Below, in pieces: positions 31,734 to 41,998 of a DNA stretch of 64,000 nt (position 1 is the first letter of the stretch; every line of letters begins with the position of its first letter). Source of the stretch: Ferruginibacter sp. (GTDB lineage: Bacteria; Bacteroidota; Bacteroidia; Chitinophagales; Chitinophagaceae); contig JBDSIB010000073.1 in NCBI GenBank assembly GCA_039918155.1, positions 15,573-79,572 on the forward strand, given 5' to 3'. The translations under genes were made by a program, and so were the position numbers. Under the pieces are notes generated by a model, which saw only the letters and a list, made by a program, of their open reading frames with translations, had not been told where the DNA came from and made no database searches.

Positions 31734-32396
31734 CTAATTTGTCTGTAGAAGAACTTTACTATGTTTCATATTGGCAGTAATACTGTTTATATGATTACGG
31801 TAGTAGATGTAAGTACGGGTTGCTAGTTTTGATACTTTATATTTTTTTGAAGCCTTCTCAAAAAATTCACTGTCGGCTGCATATTTATTTTCAAAAATAT
31901 TATTTTCAAAAACTTCTTTTTTACCAAACAGGGTAGCAAATAATATACAATCATCTACATGGATGTTATCCGTAGTATTATATTTATCCGGCACATAATA
32001 ATCTTGCAATCCATCTACAACAGTGTCGGTATGTGTAGCTACCAAATCAAAATGCTTCATTGCTTCAAGGCAGATAGAAAGGTGATTTGGTTTATATTCA
32101 TCATCTCCGTCTATAATACTAATGTACGTACTGTTACTAAGCCGGATCCCACGATTAATGCTCTCAGATTGCCCCCTGTTCTTATGCCAGAAATAGCTTA
32201 TTTTATTATTAAAATTCTGAATGTATTCCAGCAACTTCATGCTCGTGTCAGCATCGCTGCCATCGTCAAGAATAATTAGTTCAAAATCATGGAAATCCTG
32301 ATTTAAAACCGAATCGATAGCTCTTTTTGCCATATTGAAAGGCGTATTGTAGGTTGCCATCAATACATTAACCGTTACCTTCTGTTGCAATTTCAT
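31734..32396 (-). CDS. glycosyltransferase family 2
   Basis: VLMATYN, SVLNQ, ILDDGS, NRGQSESINRG, IDGDD. Confidence 0.9.
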   Translation of the reverse strand: MKLQQKVTVNVLMATYNTPFNMAKRAIDSVLNQDFHDFELIILDDGSDADTSMKLLEYIQNFNNKISYFWHKNRGQSESINRGIRLSNSTYISIIDGDDEYKPNHLSICLEAMKHFDLVATHTDTVVDGLQDYYVPDKYNTTDNIHVDDCILFATLFGKKEVFENNIFENKYAADSEFFEKASKKYKVSKLATRTYIYYRNHINSITANMKHSKVLLQTN

Positions 32397-32659
32397 AATA
32401 ATTTCCTTGGTATTATATGTAGTAATATAGAGAAATTGAATTTAACAGCTTGTAAGATCAATTTCCGATTGATATATAACCCCATGGTTAGCAAATTGTT
32501 TGAGAGTTGGAATTATTTCTTTGTGACCAGTATACATAGAATGCAAATTACCCTGGGCATAGTCCCGAGCTATGGCCAATAGTAACTGCATCGGCTACCC
32601 GATCATAAGAAGAAGAATTTAATACAATTGAAAACAAATCATTCGTTAATTTAGCAGCT

Positions 32660-33118
32660 ATGGTAATTATAAAAAGTCATGCAGAGTTTGAATCATATTT
32701 AGGTAAGGAGATCGGTGTATCCGACTGGCACCAGATAACACAGGAGCAGATCAACCAATTTGCCGATGCTACGCTGGATCATCAGTGGATCCATGTAGAT
32801 ACGGAAAGAGCCAAAACGGAAAGTCCTTTTAAGACTACGATAGCACATGGCTACCTTACACTCTCCCTAATACCTTATTTCTGGAAACAGGTTGCCGAAG
32901 TACAGAATCTTAAGATGGAAGTAAATTATGGTATAGAGCAGCTTAAGTTTCAGCAGCCGGTACTTGTAAACAATGAAGTTCGCTGTAGGGTTGGGGTTAA
33001 ATCAATCATCAACCTCCGGGGTATTACCAAGGCCACGCTCTTTATTAAACTGGAAATAAAAGACGAGGCAAAACCTGCATTTACCGGCGATGCTTTATTT
33101 CTTTATCATTTTATGTAA
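32660..33118 (+). CDS. MaoC family dehydratase
   Basis: FADATLDHQWIHVD, TIAHGYLTLSL. Confidence 0.93.
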   Translation: MVIIKSHAEFESYLGKEIGVSDWHQITQEQINQFADATLDHQWIHVDTERAKTESPFKTTIAHGYLTLSLIPYFWKQVAEVQNLKMEVNYGIEQLKFQQPVLVNNEVRCRVGVKSIINLRGITKATLFIKLEIKDEAKPAFTGDALFLYHFM

Positions 33119-33256
33119 GTGTATTGGTTATTTCGGTGCACACCTGGACATTCAAAAAAGCGAATTAAAAGCTCCATTAATATAACCATCATTTTATAAT
33201 TCGGTCTTCGGGGAGACCTATAAAGAAAGAAGATCGCCTAAAACAAATGTTTACAA

Positions 33257-33274
33257 ATCCGATAGCAATCGGAT
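33257..33274. repeat. short REP-like palindrome
   Basis: atccgat-agca-atcggat between convergent genes. Confidence 0.45.
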
Positions 33275-33316
33275 CATTTATCGTCGTTAATTTTAAAAAC
33301 CACCCCATGTGAAAAA

Positions 33317-33679
33317 TTAAAGCTTTTGTAATAGTTCAACTCTATTTCCAAATGGATCATTAAATGAAAAACGTTTTTGTCCAGGTATTTGTATTTCTTC
33401 TTTAATTTTTACACCGAGGTCTTCCAAATGCTTTTTCGATTCTTCAAAATTTATAATTTCAAATGCAGGGTGTCGTTTCGACGTATTTATTTCATCCTCT
33501 ATACCAATATGAAATTGTATATCTGCAACCTGATACCATAATCCTCCGTTCGCAATCAGATCGAGTGGCTTTGGTATTTCTGTTAGTCCGATAATATCTG
33601 TGTAAAATTTTCTTGCTTCATTTTCTTTGCCTGTCGGAATGCAAACCTGGATATGATCAAGGCGTTTAAATTTTATCAT
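33317..33679 (-). CDS. VOC/glyoxalase family protein
   Basis: LDHIQV, ARKFY, HPAF, DPFGNRVEL. Confidence 0.9.
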   Translation of the reverse strand: MIKFKRLDHIQVCIPTGKENEARKFYTDIIGLTEIPKPLDLIANGGLWYQVADIQFHIGIEDEINTSKRHPAFEIINFEESKKHLEDLGVKIKEEIQIPGQKRFSFNDPFGNRVELLQKL

Positions 33680-33720
33680 TGAATATTTTACAGATTTAAA
33701 GTATTGTCCAGGTTCCTTCT

Positions 33721-35160
33721 TTATTGTGCCTTAAAATTCCATTTAGAATCATCACTATTTACATCAAATGCAGCAAGTGTTGGCCTGCTGTCTCCAACAG
33801 ATATCAATGCCAATTGCTTTGTTGAATTGGGAACTATTTTTGGCATTATGCGGTATGTTCCATCAGTTAATTGTTCTATCCGCCATAATTGTTCGGGTGC
33901 ATTATTGAATGCCGGTACAGTAATTACTTCTGCCTCTGCTGTTGCAGCCAATGCACGGTCTGTTCCTGCCAATAGTATTTTATAGTAATGACCACCTATA
34001 TATCCTGATGTATCAGGAGCGGCCGTAACTGTCCATTTTTGGCTGGGACGTGATATGTAATCACCCAATCTTACATCAATGTTTCCGTTTGGCCAGTTTT
34101 GATTAACTGAATCCAATGCCTGCGCCGGAACAGGTTTTACAGGTTCATCATTGCCGCGGCCAAACCGCATTCCACCAGCCATCCTTATAAGGTCAACTGC
34201 TATTTCAAGTCCATATCCTCTTCTTTCAGATTCTATTTTATAAGTTCCTTCTTTAAAATTTTCTCCAGCTACAGGCCATCCGTTTTTCCAAAGCAATGGG
34301 CGAATGCCTAACACACTGCGTGCACCCTGCTCCAGGTCTGCTTCATAATGCAAAGACATTTTTTCAATTCCATCACCAAGAATCATGCGACCAAAATGCC
34401 CGGGACCTATCAAACTGCCCTCGGTTGCAACAACCATTTTGCCCCCACCTTCCAGCATACTTCTTCCTACATTATCAATGTATGGCCCTGTAACTTTTTT
34501 TGACCTGCCAACAACAATATTGTAGGTAGAATTAGCACCATCACAGCAGGTGCCATGCGTTGCAAGAAGATAATACCAACCATCATGATAAATGAGATCG
34601 CTTGCTTCGCATGTTATGGCTACATCTACAGGTTTGTTACCTTCCACCAGCTTGCCGGTCTTAGGATCTAGTTCAACAATGCGGGTAAACCCAAAATAAG
34701 TACCATAAGAAAGCCAAAGCCGTCCTGTTACAGGATCCAACATAATACCTGGATCAATCGCATCACATTCTTCATAACCGTCGGAGGTAGCAACTACAAC
34801 AGCATCTGTGTATTTAAAATCGGGCGAACCGGGATCAAGCGTTTTATTCCACATGGTAAGAATAGCACCTTTGTGATTGCTTGCGCCACCCGTTGCGCCA
34901 TATACCACCAGGTAGCGGTTGCCAATTTTGATGGCATCAGGGGCAGCTCCACCGCCCGGTCTTACTCCTCCACCATGCCAAATCCAACCGTCAGCAGATA
35001 TCAATCCGCCACCGCCCGTACCAAATGTGTAATACTTTCCGTCACATTCTACGATAGTTGACGGATCATGTATAAATGGTTGTCCTACCTGCGCTGTTAG
35101 TGTTCGTGTGATCATTACCGTTAGCAAGGCAGTGAGGCCGATTATTTTAATTCTTTTCAT
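33721..35160 (-). CDS. GH43 glycoside hydrolase (arabinanase-like) with C-terminal ricin-like domain
   Basis: IHDPS, AAPD, DAIDP, CEAS, GPGHFG; QxW repeats in the C-terminus. Confidence 0.88.
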   Translation of the reverse strand: MKRIKIIGLTALLTVMITRTLTAQVGQPFIHDPSTIVECDGKYYTFGTGGGGLISADGWIWHGGGVRPGGGAAPDAIKIGNRYLVVYGATGGASNHKGAILTMWNKTLDPGSPDFKYTDAVVVATSDGYEECDAIDPGIMLDPVTGRLWLSYGTYFGFTRIVELDPKTGKLVEGNKPVDVAITCEASDLIYHDGWYYLLATHGTCCDGANSTYNIVVGRSKKVTGPYIDNVGRSMLEGGGKMVVATEGSLIGPGHFGRMILGDGIEKMSLHYEADLEQGARSVLGIRPLLWKNGWPVAGENFKEGTYKIESERRGYGLEIAVDLIRMAGGMRFGRGNDEPVKPVPAQALDSVNQNWPNGNIDVRLGDYISRPSQKWTVTAAPDTSGYIGGHYYKILLAGTDRALAATAEAEVITVPAFNNAPEQLWRIEQLTDGTYRIMPKIVPNSTKQLALISVGDSRPTLAAFDVNSDDSKWNFKAQ

Positions 35161-35208
35161 AATAATTACAATTTCAGAATAATTGATATTTAAAAAAGCG
35201 AACTCATT

Positions 35209-35955
35209 TTATTGATAACTAATAGTGAAGTTCTTTACCGGCAATCCTTTTTCATCCAAAAAACGAAAACAAAAGTTGCACATACCCGGGCCATTTATTA
35301 CTGCCGCACGGATGATGTTCTTTCCTTTCTTAAGCGTTAAACGGGAAGAAGTAACATTGTCTACGATCATGTCTCTGTCACCAGAAAGCATCAGCGCTTC
35401 GGCACCATTCAGCCAAAACATACCTGCGGAATTAGTTCCTGCAGCCATCCTTACATTTTTAATTTCCTGCGGGCAATCAATTACGGTGACCAGCCAAAAA
35501 AGTACACCGTAGGGCGGCTTGTTAAGGGCGTAAGTAAAGTTGTATAAATTAAAGTTGAACGTCTTGCTGTCCAGCGCATACCATTTTAGTTCCTCGCCGC
35601 CCACTTTTACCTGCTCACCATTTTTGGGAACAGTATTGTAATCATCTGAAAAATTATCGGCAGCAAATGTTGCTTTGAGGTACTTTTCGGTGAAGATGCT
35701 GTTCCTGGTAATATCTTTCCGCACAGGTTCCAGCACCATCCAGCGCTGAATAAATCCTTTGGGATCCGTTGCCTTTTTGCTGCTAGCTGTCGGGGTAAAA
35801 TGGATAGACAGAGAATGTGTAGTATCACCTTTTACAGGAATGGGAGGGAGGGGAATTCTTTGTCCCGGAGGCTGCGCCAATACTATAGTAACCTGCAACC
35901 CTAACAAAATAATAAATGAGATAGCTGTTAATAAAAAATTCTTTCTTTTCATCAT
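35209..35955 (-). CDS. exported hypothetical carbohydrate-associated (beta-sandwich) protein
   Basis: Signal peptide; GFIQRWMVLEP, WLNG, LKKGKNII patterns; apparently co-transcribed with the GH43 gene. Confidence 0.65.
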   Translation of the reverse strand: MMKRKNFLLTAISFIILLGLQVTIVLAQPPGQRIPLPPIPVKGDTTHSLSIHFTPTASSKKATDPKGFIQRWMVLEPVRKDITRNSIFTEKYLKATFAADNFSDDYNTVPKNGEQVKVGGEELKWYALDSKTFNFNLYNFTYALNKPPYGVLFWLVTVIDCPQEIKNVRMAAGTNSAGMFWLNGAEALMLSGDRDMIVDNVTSSRLTLKKGKNIIRAAVINGPGMCNFCFRFLDEKGLPVKNFTISYQ

Positions 35956-36262
35956 AGTAAAATATTTTAGGCTGATTTAGTTATTATTGGTTCAAGCAAG
36001 CTGGTTACAGTAATTTTTTTATCTGAAATTAAAATACGATGTTAATTTAGGCAATTGTTTGCAATCGATTGCAAAATAAGTTTCTTTCTCTATACTTACT
36101 TTCCAGCGGTTGTATATGAGGTTGCCATTCATATACAGGTAAACGGAATTTTTAATCTCACCATCTTTGCCATAAATAGTTTTCAATAAAAAAGACGCCC
36201 ATTGCACTTTTTTTTTAAAAACAACAGCATTTCACCATTTAAATGCTTGCATACCTTATATA

Positions 36263-36305
36263 ACAATTCCAATGGGTGCAGTAGATCGTAGCCCATTGGA
36301 ATTGT
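36263..36305 (-). terminator. long hairpin downstream of 36368..38863
   Basis: acaattccaatggg...cccattggaattgt, 14-bp stem. Confidence 0.55.
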
Positions 36306-36367
36306 ACTTTGTAAAAATGCCTGAATTTATTGCTGTTGTGCCTTGTTGATATTTTTACTTCCTGATT

Positions 36368-38863
36368 TTATTTTTTAGCATCTTTAAACGCCTTCTGAAT
36401 AGCTGCTAAATTGGCTACATAAATGCTGCGGCCATGAGTGCCTATCACCAAATCATTTTCACGGTTTTGTATTACCAGGTCATGTACGGGCACATTAGGT
36501 ATATTTTGCCCAATGTCCATAAAAGATTTTCCCTGGTTAAAAGATGCATACAGGCCATTATCAGTTCCTATGTATACAATGTCTTCATTTTTATTGTCTT
36601 CCAATATCACATTTATTGGTTGATTGGGTAGGTCTTTGCCAAGCTGTACCCAGGTTTCACCGAAATCATCACTCATATAAACATAAGGAGCAAAATTATC
36701 GGTACGATAACCATCTAAGGTTGCATAAACTCTACCTAGTTTATATTGCGAAGCTCTTACCCTGCTAACATATAAATTGGGAGGTAGTTTTTTGCTTACT
36801 AACGTCCAGGTATACCCGCCATCTTTGCTCAATTGTATATTACCATCATCGGTGCCTACATACAGCAGACCAAACCGCAGTGGCGATTCGCAAATAGTAG
36901 TAATAGTGCCATAAGGAACATTACCTTCTTTTTTCCCTTTGGTGAGGTCCGGGCTTACGGTTTCAAAAGTTTCACCCTGGTTCAGGCTTTTATGCACTCT
37001 GTCGCTGCAGATGTAGAAAACGTCCTGATTTAATTTGCTTAGCAAAATAGGTGTTTGCCAATTATATCTAAACAATTCATCACCCAAATCCGGCATTGGG
37101 TGTATATACAAACCTCTGCTTCTTTCCTCCGTATTTTTTCGGCCATAAGAGCCAAATTGAGAGCCACCGTAAACGGTTTTATTATCACGGGTATCTACCT
37201 GCACCTGCATACCATCGCCACCACCAATATTTTTCCATGCGTACGGTCTTTCATAATTCCATTGATCATTGTCTTTAGTTGTTACAGGGCCATACCATGT
37301 ACCATTGTCCTGAAGGCCTCCATATACATTGTAAGGTTTGGCATCATCTACTGCTATATTGTAAAACTGGCCTACAGCAGGTGTTGTTACTTTAAACCAA
37401 TGCTCGCCATTATCATACGTTACATTACAGCCACCATCATTTACCGCTACCCAATGTTTATTGTTGCGGGGATTTATCCAGCATCCATGCCAGTCAGGAT
37501 GAGTAGAAACTTTATCCTGCGATGTAAAAGTTTTACCGCCATCTATACTCATTTCAATATCAAAACCGCAAATCACTAATTTGTTTTCATCATCATTTGC
37601 AACTGCCATTTTACCAAAATAATAACCATACGTACTGTATAGACTCAACCCTTTTTCATTTACTTTTTTCCAGGTTGCGCCTGCATTATCACTCCTGTAA
37701 ACTTCACATCCAATGATAGGTGTATTAAACAGGGCCTCATCGGCATCAAAAAGATAATCGTAAATCGCACTAGGTTTTATAGTGCCATCATTGACCATTT
37801 TTTTAACACTGGAAGTAGTATATTTTTTATCAAAATAATTTTCTTTTAAAAAGCTATCTAGCTTTTTATCATCTAGGGCAGCAAAACTTTCCTTGTTCAA
37901 ATCTTTAAAATTGTTAAGAACATATCCATTGATAGCTTTTTTTGAAGCTGTATCTGGCCGGTGGTTTTGATTATCTACTGTGGCATAAATAATATTTGGA
38001 TTGCCTGCATATACGGCAAGGCCTATACGCCCGGTTTTGGGCCCAGTAGCAAAACCTGCTGCTGATGATGTGATCAATTTCCAATGAGCGCCTCCATCGG
38101 TACTTTTATAGATACCTGAAGTATTACCGCTTTCTACAAAATTCCAGGCACTGCGGGTGCGATACCAGGCGCAGGCATACAATTCATTCGGATTTTTAGG
38201 ATTTATGTCCATATCAATCACTCCTGTATTTTCGTCTATGTATAACTGTTGTTTCCAGGTATGGCCACCATCTTCAGTTTTATACACGCCTCTTTCTTTG
38301 TTGGGCGTATACAGATGGCCTATAACAGCTACCCAGGCCACATTGCTATTGTTGGGATCTAATAAAATTTTACCTATATGCTGGCTTTGGGGTAGCCCAA
38401 GCCATTGCCATGTTTTTCCATGATCAACGCTTTTATAAACACCATTGCCTGCATAAGATGAACGGCTGCTGTTAGATTCGCCGGTACCAATCCAAATGAT
38501 ATTATTTTTCCAGTCAACAGCTATATCGCCAATGGTCATAGCGGCTTCTTTATAAAATAGTGGTTCAAAACTTTGCCCATTATTTACTGTATGCCATAGG
38601 CCGCCGGTGGCATAAGCGGCGTAAAATTCTGCAGGGTTATCAGGATTAACTTCTACATCTACTACACGGCCACTCATGATGGAAGGACCAATATTCTTAA
38701 ATTTCAATTCGTTTGCCCACTTGTTATCCATAGTTGGTGGTGGCAGTGGCGATTCGGTTACTACAGATTTTCTTGCACTGGCTTTTTTACTTTGCGAAAA
38801 AGCAGTATTAATATTTATAAAAAGCAGTAGAGCTGTAAATTTGACAATAATATTTTTTGTCAT
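36368..38863 (-). CDS. VPS10/BNR (Asp-box) repeat beta-propeller glycosyl hydrolase-like protein
   Basis: IGPSIMSGRV, repeated S/TxDGGxTW Asp-boxes, GGLQDNG, GTHGRS. Confidence 0.88.
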   Translation of the reverse strand: MTKNIIVKFTALLLFININTAFSQSKKASARKSVVTESPLPPPTMDNKWANELKFKNIGPSIMSGRVVDVEVNPDNPAEFYAAYATGGLWHTVNNGQSFEPLFYKEAAMTIGDIAVDWKNNIIWIGTGESNSSRSSYAGNGVYKSVDHGKTWQWLGLPQSQHIGKILLDPNNSNVAWVAVIGHLYTPNKERGVYKTEDGGHTWKQQLYIDENTGVIDMDINPKNPNELYACAWYRTRSAWNFVESGNTSGIYKSTDGGAHWKLITSSAAGFATGPKTGRIGLAVYAGNPNIIYATVDNQNHRPDTASKKAINGYVLNNFKDLNKESFAALDDKKLDSFLKENYFDKKYTTSSVKKMVNDGTIKPSAIYDYLFDADEALFNTPIIGCEVYRSDNAGATWKKVNEKGLSLYSTYGYYFGKMAVANDDENKLVICGFDIEMSIDGGKTFTSQDKVSTHPDWHGCWINPRNNKHWVAVNDGGCNVTYDNGEHWFKVTTPAVGQFYNIAVDDAKPYNVYGGLQDNGTWYGPVTTKDNDQWNYERPYAWKNIGGGDGMQVQVDTRDNKTVYGGSQFGSYGRKNTEERSRGLYIHPMPDLGDELFRYNWQTPILLSKLNQDVFYICSDRVHKSLNQGETFETVSPDLTKGKKEGNVPYGTITTICESPLRFGLLYVGTDDGNIQLSKDGGYTWTLVSKKLPPNLYVSRVRASQYKLGRVYATLDGYRTDNFAPYVYMSDDFGETWVQLGKDLPNQPINVILEDNKNEDIVYIGTDNGLYASFNQGKSFMDIGQNIPNVPVHDLVIQNRENDLVIGTHGRSIYVANLAAIQKAFKDAKK

Positions 38864-38942
38864 TTGCGGTTTTATTAAAGATTAAAAAAAGGATAAATGC
38901 ATACTATAAAATTACATCGAATAACTGTTTCGCCGTTTTGAA

Positions 38943-39068
38943 TTTCTATCGGTACAAAATGCAAGCGAACAATATAAAGATTACAAGGTAAGCAGTAAAG
39001 GCGATACGATTAATACCGTTGATAAAAAAGGTTTGAAACAAAGTAAATGGCTGATACAGGTAGATTAA
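38943..39068 (+). pseudogene. truncated N-terminal gene fragment
   Basis: Reads FLSVQNASEQYKDYKVSSKGDTINTVDKKGLKQSKWLIQVD-stop, resembling the start of a MORN/YwqK-like exported protein; no intact start or continuation seen. Confidence 0.45.
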
Positions 39069-39156
39069 TTTAAGGCAAAAATTTATCAGGAGCTGCCTGA
39101 TGTAAAAGCCTTGCTTTATCATCAATCAATTTCTTTTTAGATATTAAACCTGATTT

Positions 39157-39606
39157 CTAGCTTCTTTTTATTAATGTTGAATGAAGATGTTTTACTTTCC
39201 ATTGTCGATCCTGAATTACTAAGCATACTGTTTCCAACCATTGTATAAGAGTTTCCCCGGAGTCCCTGGTAATAACTGAACTAAGTCGATAAGTGAGCCA
39301 TGCTTTTGTTTGACCTGTTTCCACATTAATGAAGTCAAAAGTATTAGTACGTTTAAAGTCTGTGGACTGGTTCATCGTAATTGCCTTCCTGATAAGCGTA
39401 TCTATATTCCATATCTGACCATATTCATAAAATGTAACATCAGGAATGCAAAATGATTTCAAGGCTATTGAATCTCGATTGGATAAAGCCTCAAACATAT
39501 TTACAACCGTCTGTTGTAATTTCTTCTGCTCTTTTGAAAATTGTTGCTGTCCTGTTGCAAATACTGTAACAAATAATGCAATAATGAGGATGGTTATTTT
39601 TTTCAA
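39157..39606 (-). CDS. NTF2-like (SnoaL/DUF4440-type) exported protein
   Basis: Signal peptide; WLETVCL..WKVKHLHST. Confidence 0.75.
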   Translation of the reverse strand: MKKITILIIALFVTVFATGQQQFSKEQKKLQQTVVNMFEALSNRDSIALKSFCIPDVTFYEYGQIWNIDTLIRKAITMNQSTDFKRTNTFDFINVETGQTKAWLTYRLSSVITRDSGETLIQWLETVCLVIQDRQWKVKHLHSTLIKRS

Positions 39607-39670
39607 TTGTATACTTTATTTTTTCCTGAAAGAATGGTGAAGATTCCAAATGTATAGCAGCTTACAGACA

Positions 39671-39842
39671 GGGCTTTATGCAGGTTGGGAATTAGTATTC
39701 CGTCTACCGATAACCGCTGCTGATTTAAAATATATTGTTGAAGTTATGTACAAAAATTGATAGTAATTCGTCTGACAGAACTGAAGCTGGGATTTGCAAT
39801 TAGCTGATGTTAAAAGGTCCAATATTGCAGAACCCCTTGTTG
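39671..39842. repeat. intergenic repeat family B, copy 1
   Basis: Colinear similarity to 46105..46306 (ggaatt, gattt.aaa, tgaagtta, gaac..aagctg, gca.aacc...tgttg). Confidence 0.55.
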
Positions 39843-40036
39843 AACTAAACCCCTATCGGGGTAGCCAACAGGAGTTCATTTGTCATCTTGTCCTGAATTG
39901 TTTATCTTCGAATTAATCCACTCAAACCCTTTATAGGACTCAATCTACCTAATTTTGAAAAACGACAACTCCATATAGATATAACAGGCACTTTGGCAGC
40001 ATCATACAAGTACCCCGATGGGGGTTCCGTTCAACA
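39838..40036. mobile_element. 199-bp MITE/REPIN-like element with 26-bp terminal inverted repeats
   Basis: tgttgaactaaacccctatcggggta versus the reverse complement of 40011-40036, tgttgaacggaacccccatcggggta (23/26); no ORF inside. Confidence 0.6.
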
Positions 40037-40099
40037 GTGCCTTCATTTCTTGCCCGTTGGGCAAAACGAAAGCTTAGTTATTAGCGGCTCGTTGTTGTC

Positions 40100-41518
40100 C
40101 TACCAAACATAAATTTTCGAGTACATATCTGGTCCTGTCCCAACATACATCATATTTATTTTATCAGTTAGGTTATCATTGTTCACTCTGAATTTATAAA
40201 TATTTTCTCCTTTTGGCATTAAAGCCTCACATGTCCACACACCATTTTGCTTTGTCATTTTTATTGCGTTCTTAGCCCATTGTGTAAATTCTCCCATTAG
40301 CGAAACTTGCTCTGCACCTTCAAAATCATTTAGTTTGAAAGTTACTTTTTGATTGTCTTGCTTTCCCCAAAGTGTCGCTAAGTAATCGTTAGGTTGTTGC
40401 TCAAAAGCCTTTGAGAAATTTTTAGAACTTTCATTTAGATTGTTGTCCTTTCGGTAAGCAACGCCTAACCAAGAATAAATTTCTGTTTTGTTTGGGTCAA
40501 ATTCTTTTAGCATTTCTAAAAGTGAAATGGCTTCTTTTACATTTCCTTTGTCTATCCATTTAATGGCTAAATTTATCACAGAATTATTTTTAAAATTATA
40601 TTGGTCTGACGATGTTTTTCGCAACTCTTTGTAGGTTGCGATGGCTTCATTAATTCCATTTGTTTCAAATTTATTTTCTATCAAGTTAGAAACGCCCTTT
40701 GGGAAATAGTCAACCAAATCTTTGTGGTGTTTTCCACTTTGCAATTCTTCTTTAAGGTTTATAATTTTTTCGTTGGCGAAATCATTTTTATAGTACAAAT
40801 GAATTGTACCGTTTTTCAAATCAACCGCCATTGAAAAATTTGTGATTAAAGTTTGCGCTTGTTTTTGGGTGGATTTTTGAAGAATATTTTTAATATCGTT
40901 TAACTGAAAAGATTTTGTTGAGCTTAAATAACTTGTAGCTACATCTCGTCTGTAACAGGCTTCCTTGTGATCGTTATTGATGTTATAATTTGTCAAAGCA
41001 AAATTACTGGTCGCTTTCCGAACTATATAGCCGCCGGTTACAGTTGCATAATCGCCGCTTTTGTCACCAATAAATAATTGAGCCTTGTTGAGTTTCACCA
41101 AATTGTATTTGTTGATATAGTTTAATGCTTCATCGACAGTCCTGCATTTTCGTAAAATATCTGTTACCACTTGCTTTTTTCGGTCTGTTCTGCTATTGTC
41201 TTTTGTAACAGGAACTTCATCAATTACTGTATAATCCATAAAAAGTCCGCACTCATTAAGTCCTCCTTGCGGATTTTTATACATAAGTCCATAAAAAAGT
41301 TTGCCGATGGTTAATTCCGTCCAAATCATATAACCGTAATCTTGCTTTTGTGCCGGGTAATACCACATTCTATATTTTGTAGAGGAAATTTCATCTTCAT
41401 TATTTCCTACCCAAACATTCTGTCCGTCATTAGCCATAAAAATTGTACAGGCATTTGAAATTAAAGTATTTGTCAAAATGATAAAGAGGAAAACGAGTTT
41501 TGAAATTTTTTGAAGCAT
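40100..41518 (-). CDS. Ntn-hydrolase (C45/choloylglycine hydrolase-like) + TPR + CBM48/E-set fusion protein
   Basis: Signal peptide then A|CTIF nucleophile, GNNED, GGLNECGL, LTNY; TPR-like helices; VSLMGEFTQW..YKFRVN; start moved to MLQKISK. Confidence 0.75.
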   Translation of the reverse strand: MLQKISKLVFLFIILTNTLISNACTIFMANDGQNVWVGNNEDEISSTKYRMWYYPAQKQDYGYMIWTELTIGKLFYGLMYKNPQGGLNECGLFMDYTVIDEVPVTKDNSRTDRKKQVVTDILRKCRTVDEALNYINKYNLVKLNKAQLFIGDKSGDYATVTGGYIVRKATSNFALTNYNINNDHKEACYRRDVATSYLSSTKSFQLNDIKNILQKSTQKQAQTLITNFSMAVDLKNGTIHLYYKNDFANEKIINLKEELQSGKHHKDLVDYFPKGVSNLIENKFETNGINEAIATYKELRKTSSDQYNFKNNSVINLAIKWIDKGNVKEAISLLEMLKEFDPNKTEIYSWLGVAYRKDNNLNESSKNFSKAFEQQPNDYLATLWGKQDNQKVTFKLNDFEGAEQVSLMGEFTQWAKNAIKMTKQNGVWTCEALMPKGENIYKFRVNNDNLTDKINMMYVGTGPDMYSKIYVW

Positions 41519-41998
41519 AATTATTTTTTGTCTGTTGAAAGTTGTAGGGTGTTGCTTTACAATGGCCGCTAACATTTGTATTACCGAATGTACGAATATC
41601 CAATCTCGTTCTTTTAAAAAAATTGTTTTGTTCATTACCAATATTTTAGGCAACTTTTGCGAACCATTTCTTACAGAAGATATTGTTTCGCAAATACAAT
41701 TCTGCAGCAGTCTTTTTGTGGTTTATTTATCGATAGAATTTGTAGCTATTATATTGTCCGGCGAAAGCCAGCTTGATGAGCAGATCATGAGTTGCAAACT
41801 CATCATAGCATTCAGCAATAGTTCTTTATCAAACCATCATTCTAAAATATTTTTAGCGTGGGTAAGAGACTACGGAGAGCGGGTGGCTTGTAAAATATTA
41901 TTGGATTAACAACGGGGGCGAAAACTTATCTTTATAGTTCAGGGTTGATTAAACCAGGAATGAAAGTATTTTTATTATAACATTAATACATCGCCATC

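Noticed and set aside
36019-36207. 62-aa minus-strand ORF
   Set aside because: No recognisable motif; may be a gene remnant but cannot be supported
41535-41909. 124-aa plus-strand ORF and the N-terminal extension of 40100..41653
   Set aside because: They cross a cassette-boundary repeat; the signal peptide places the true start at 41518
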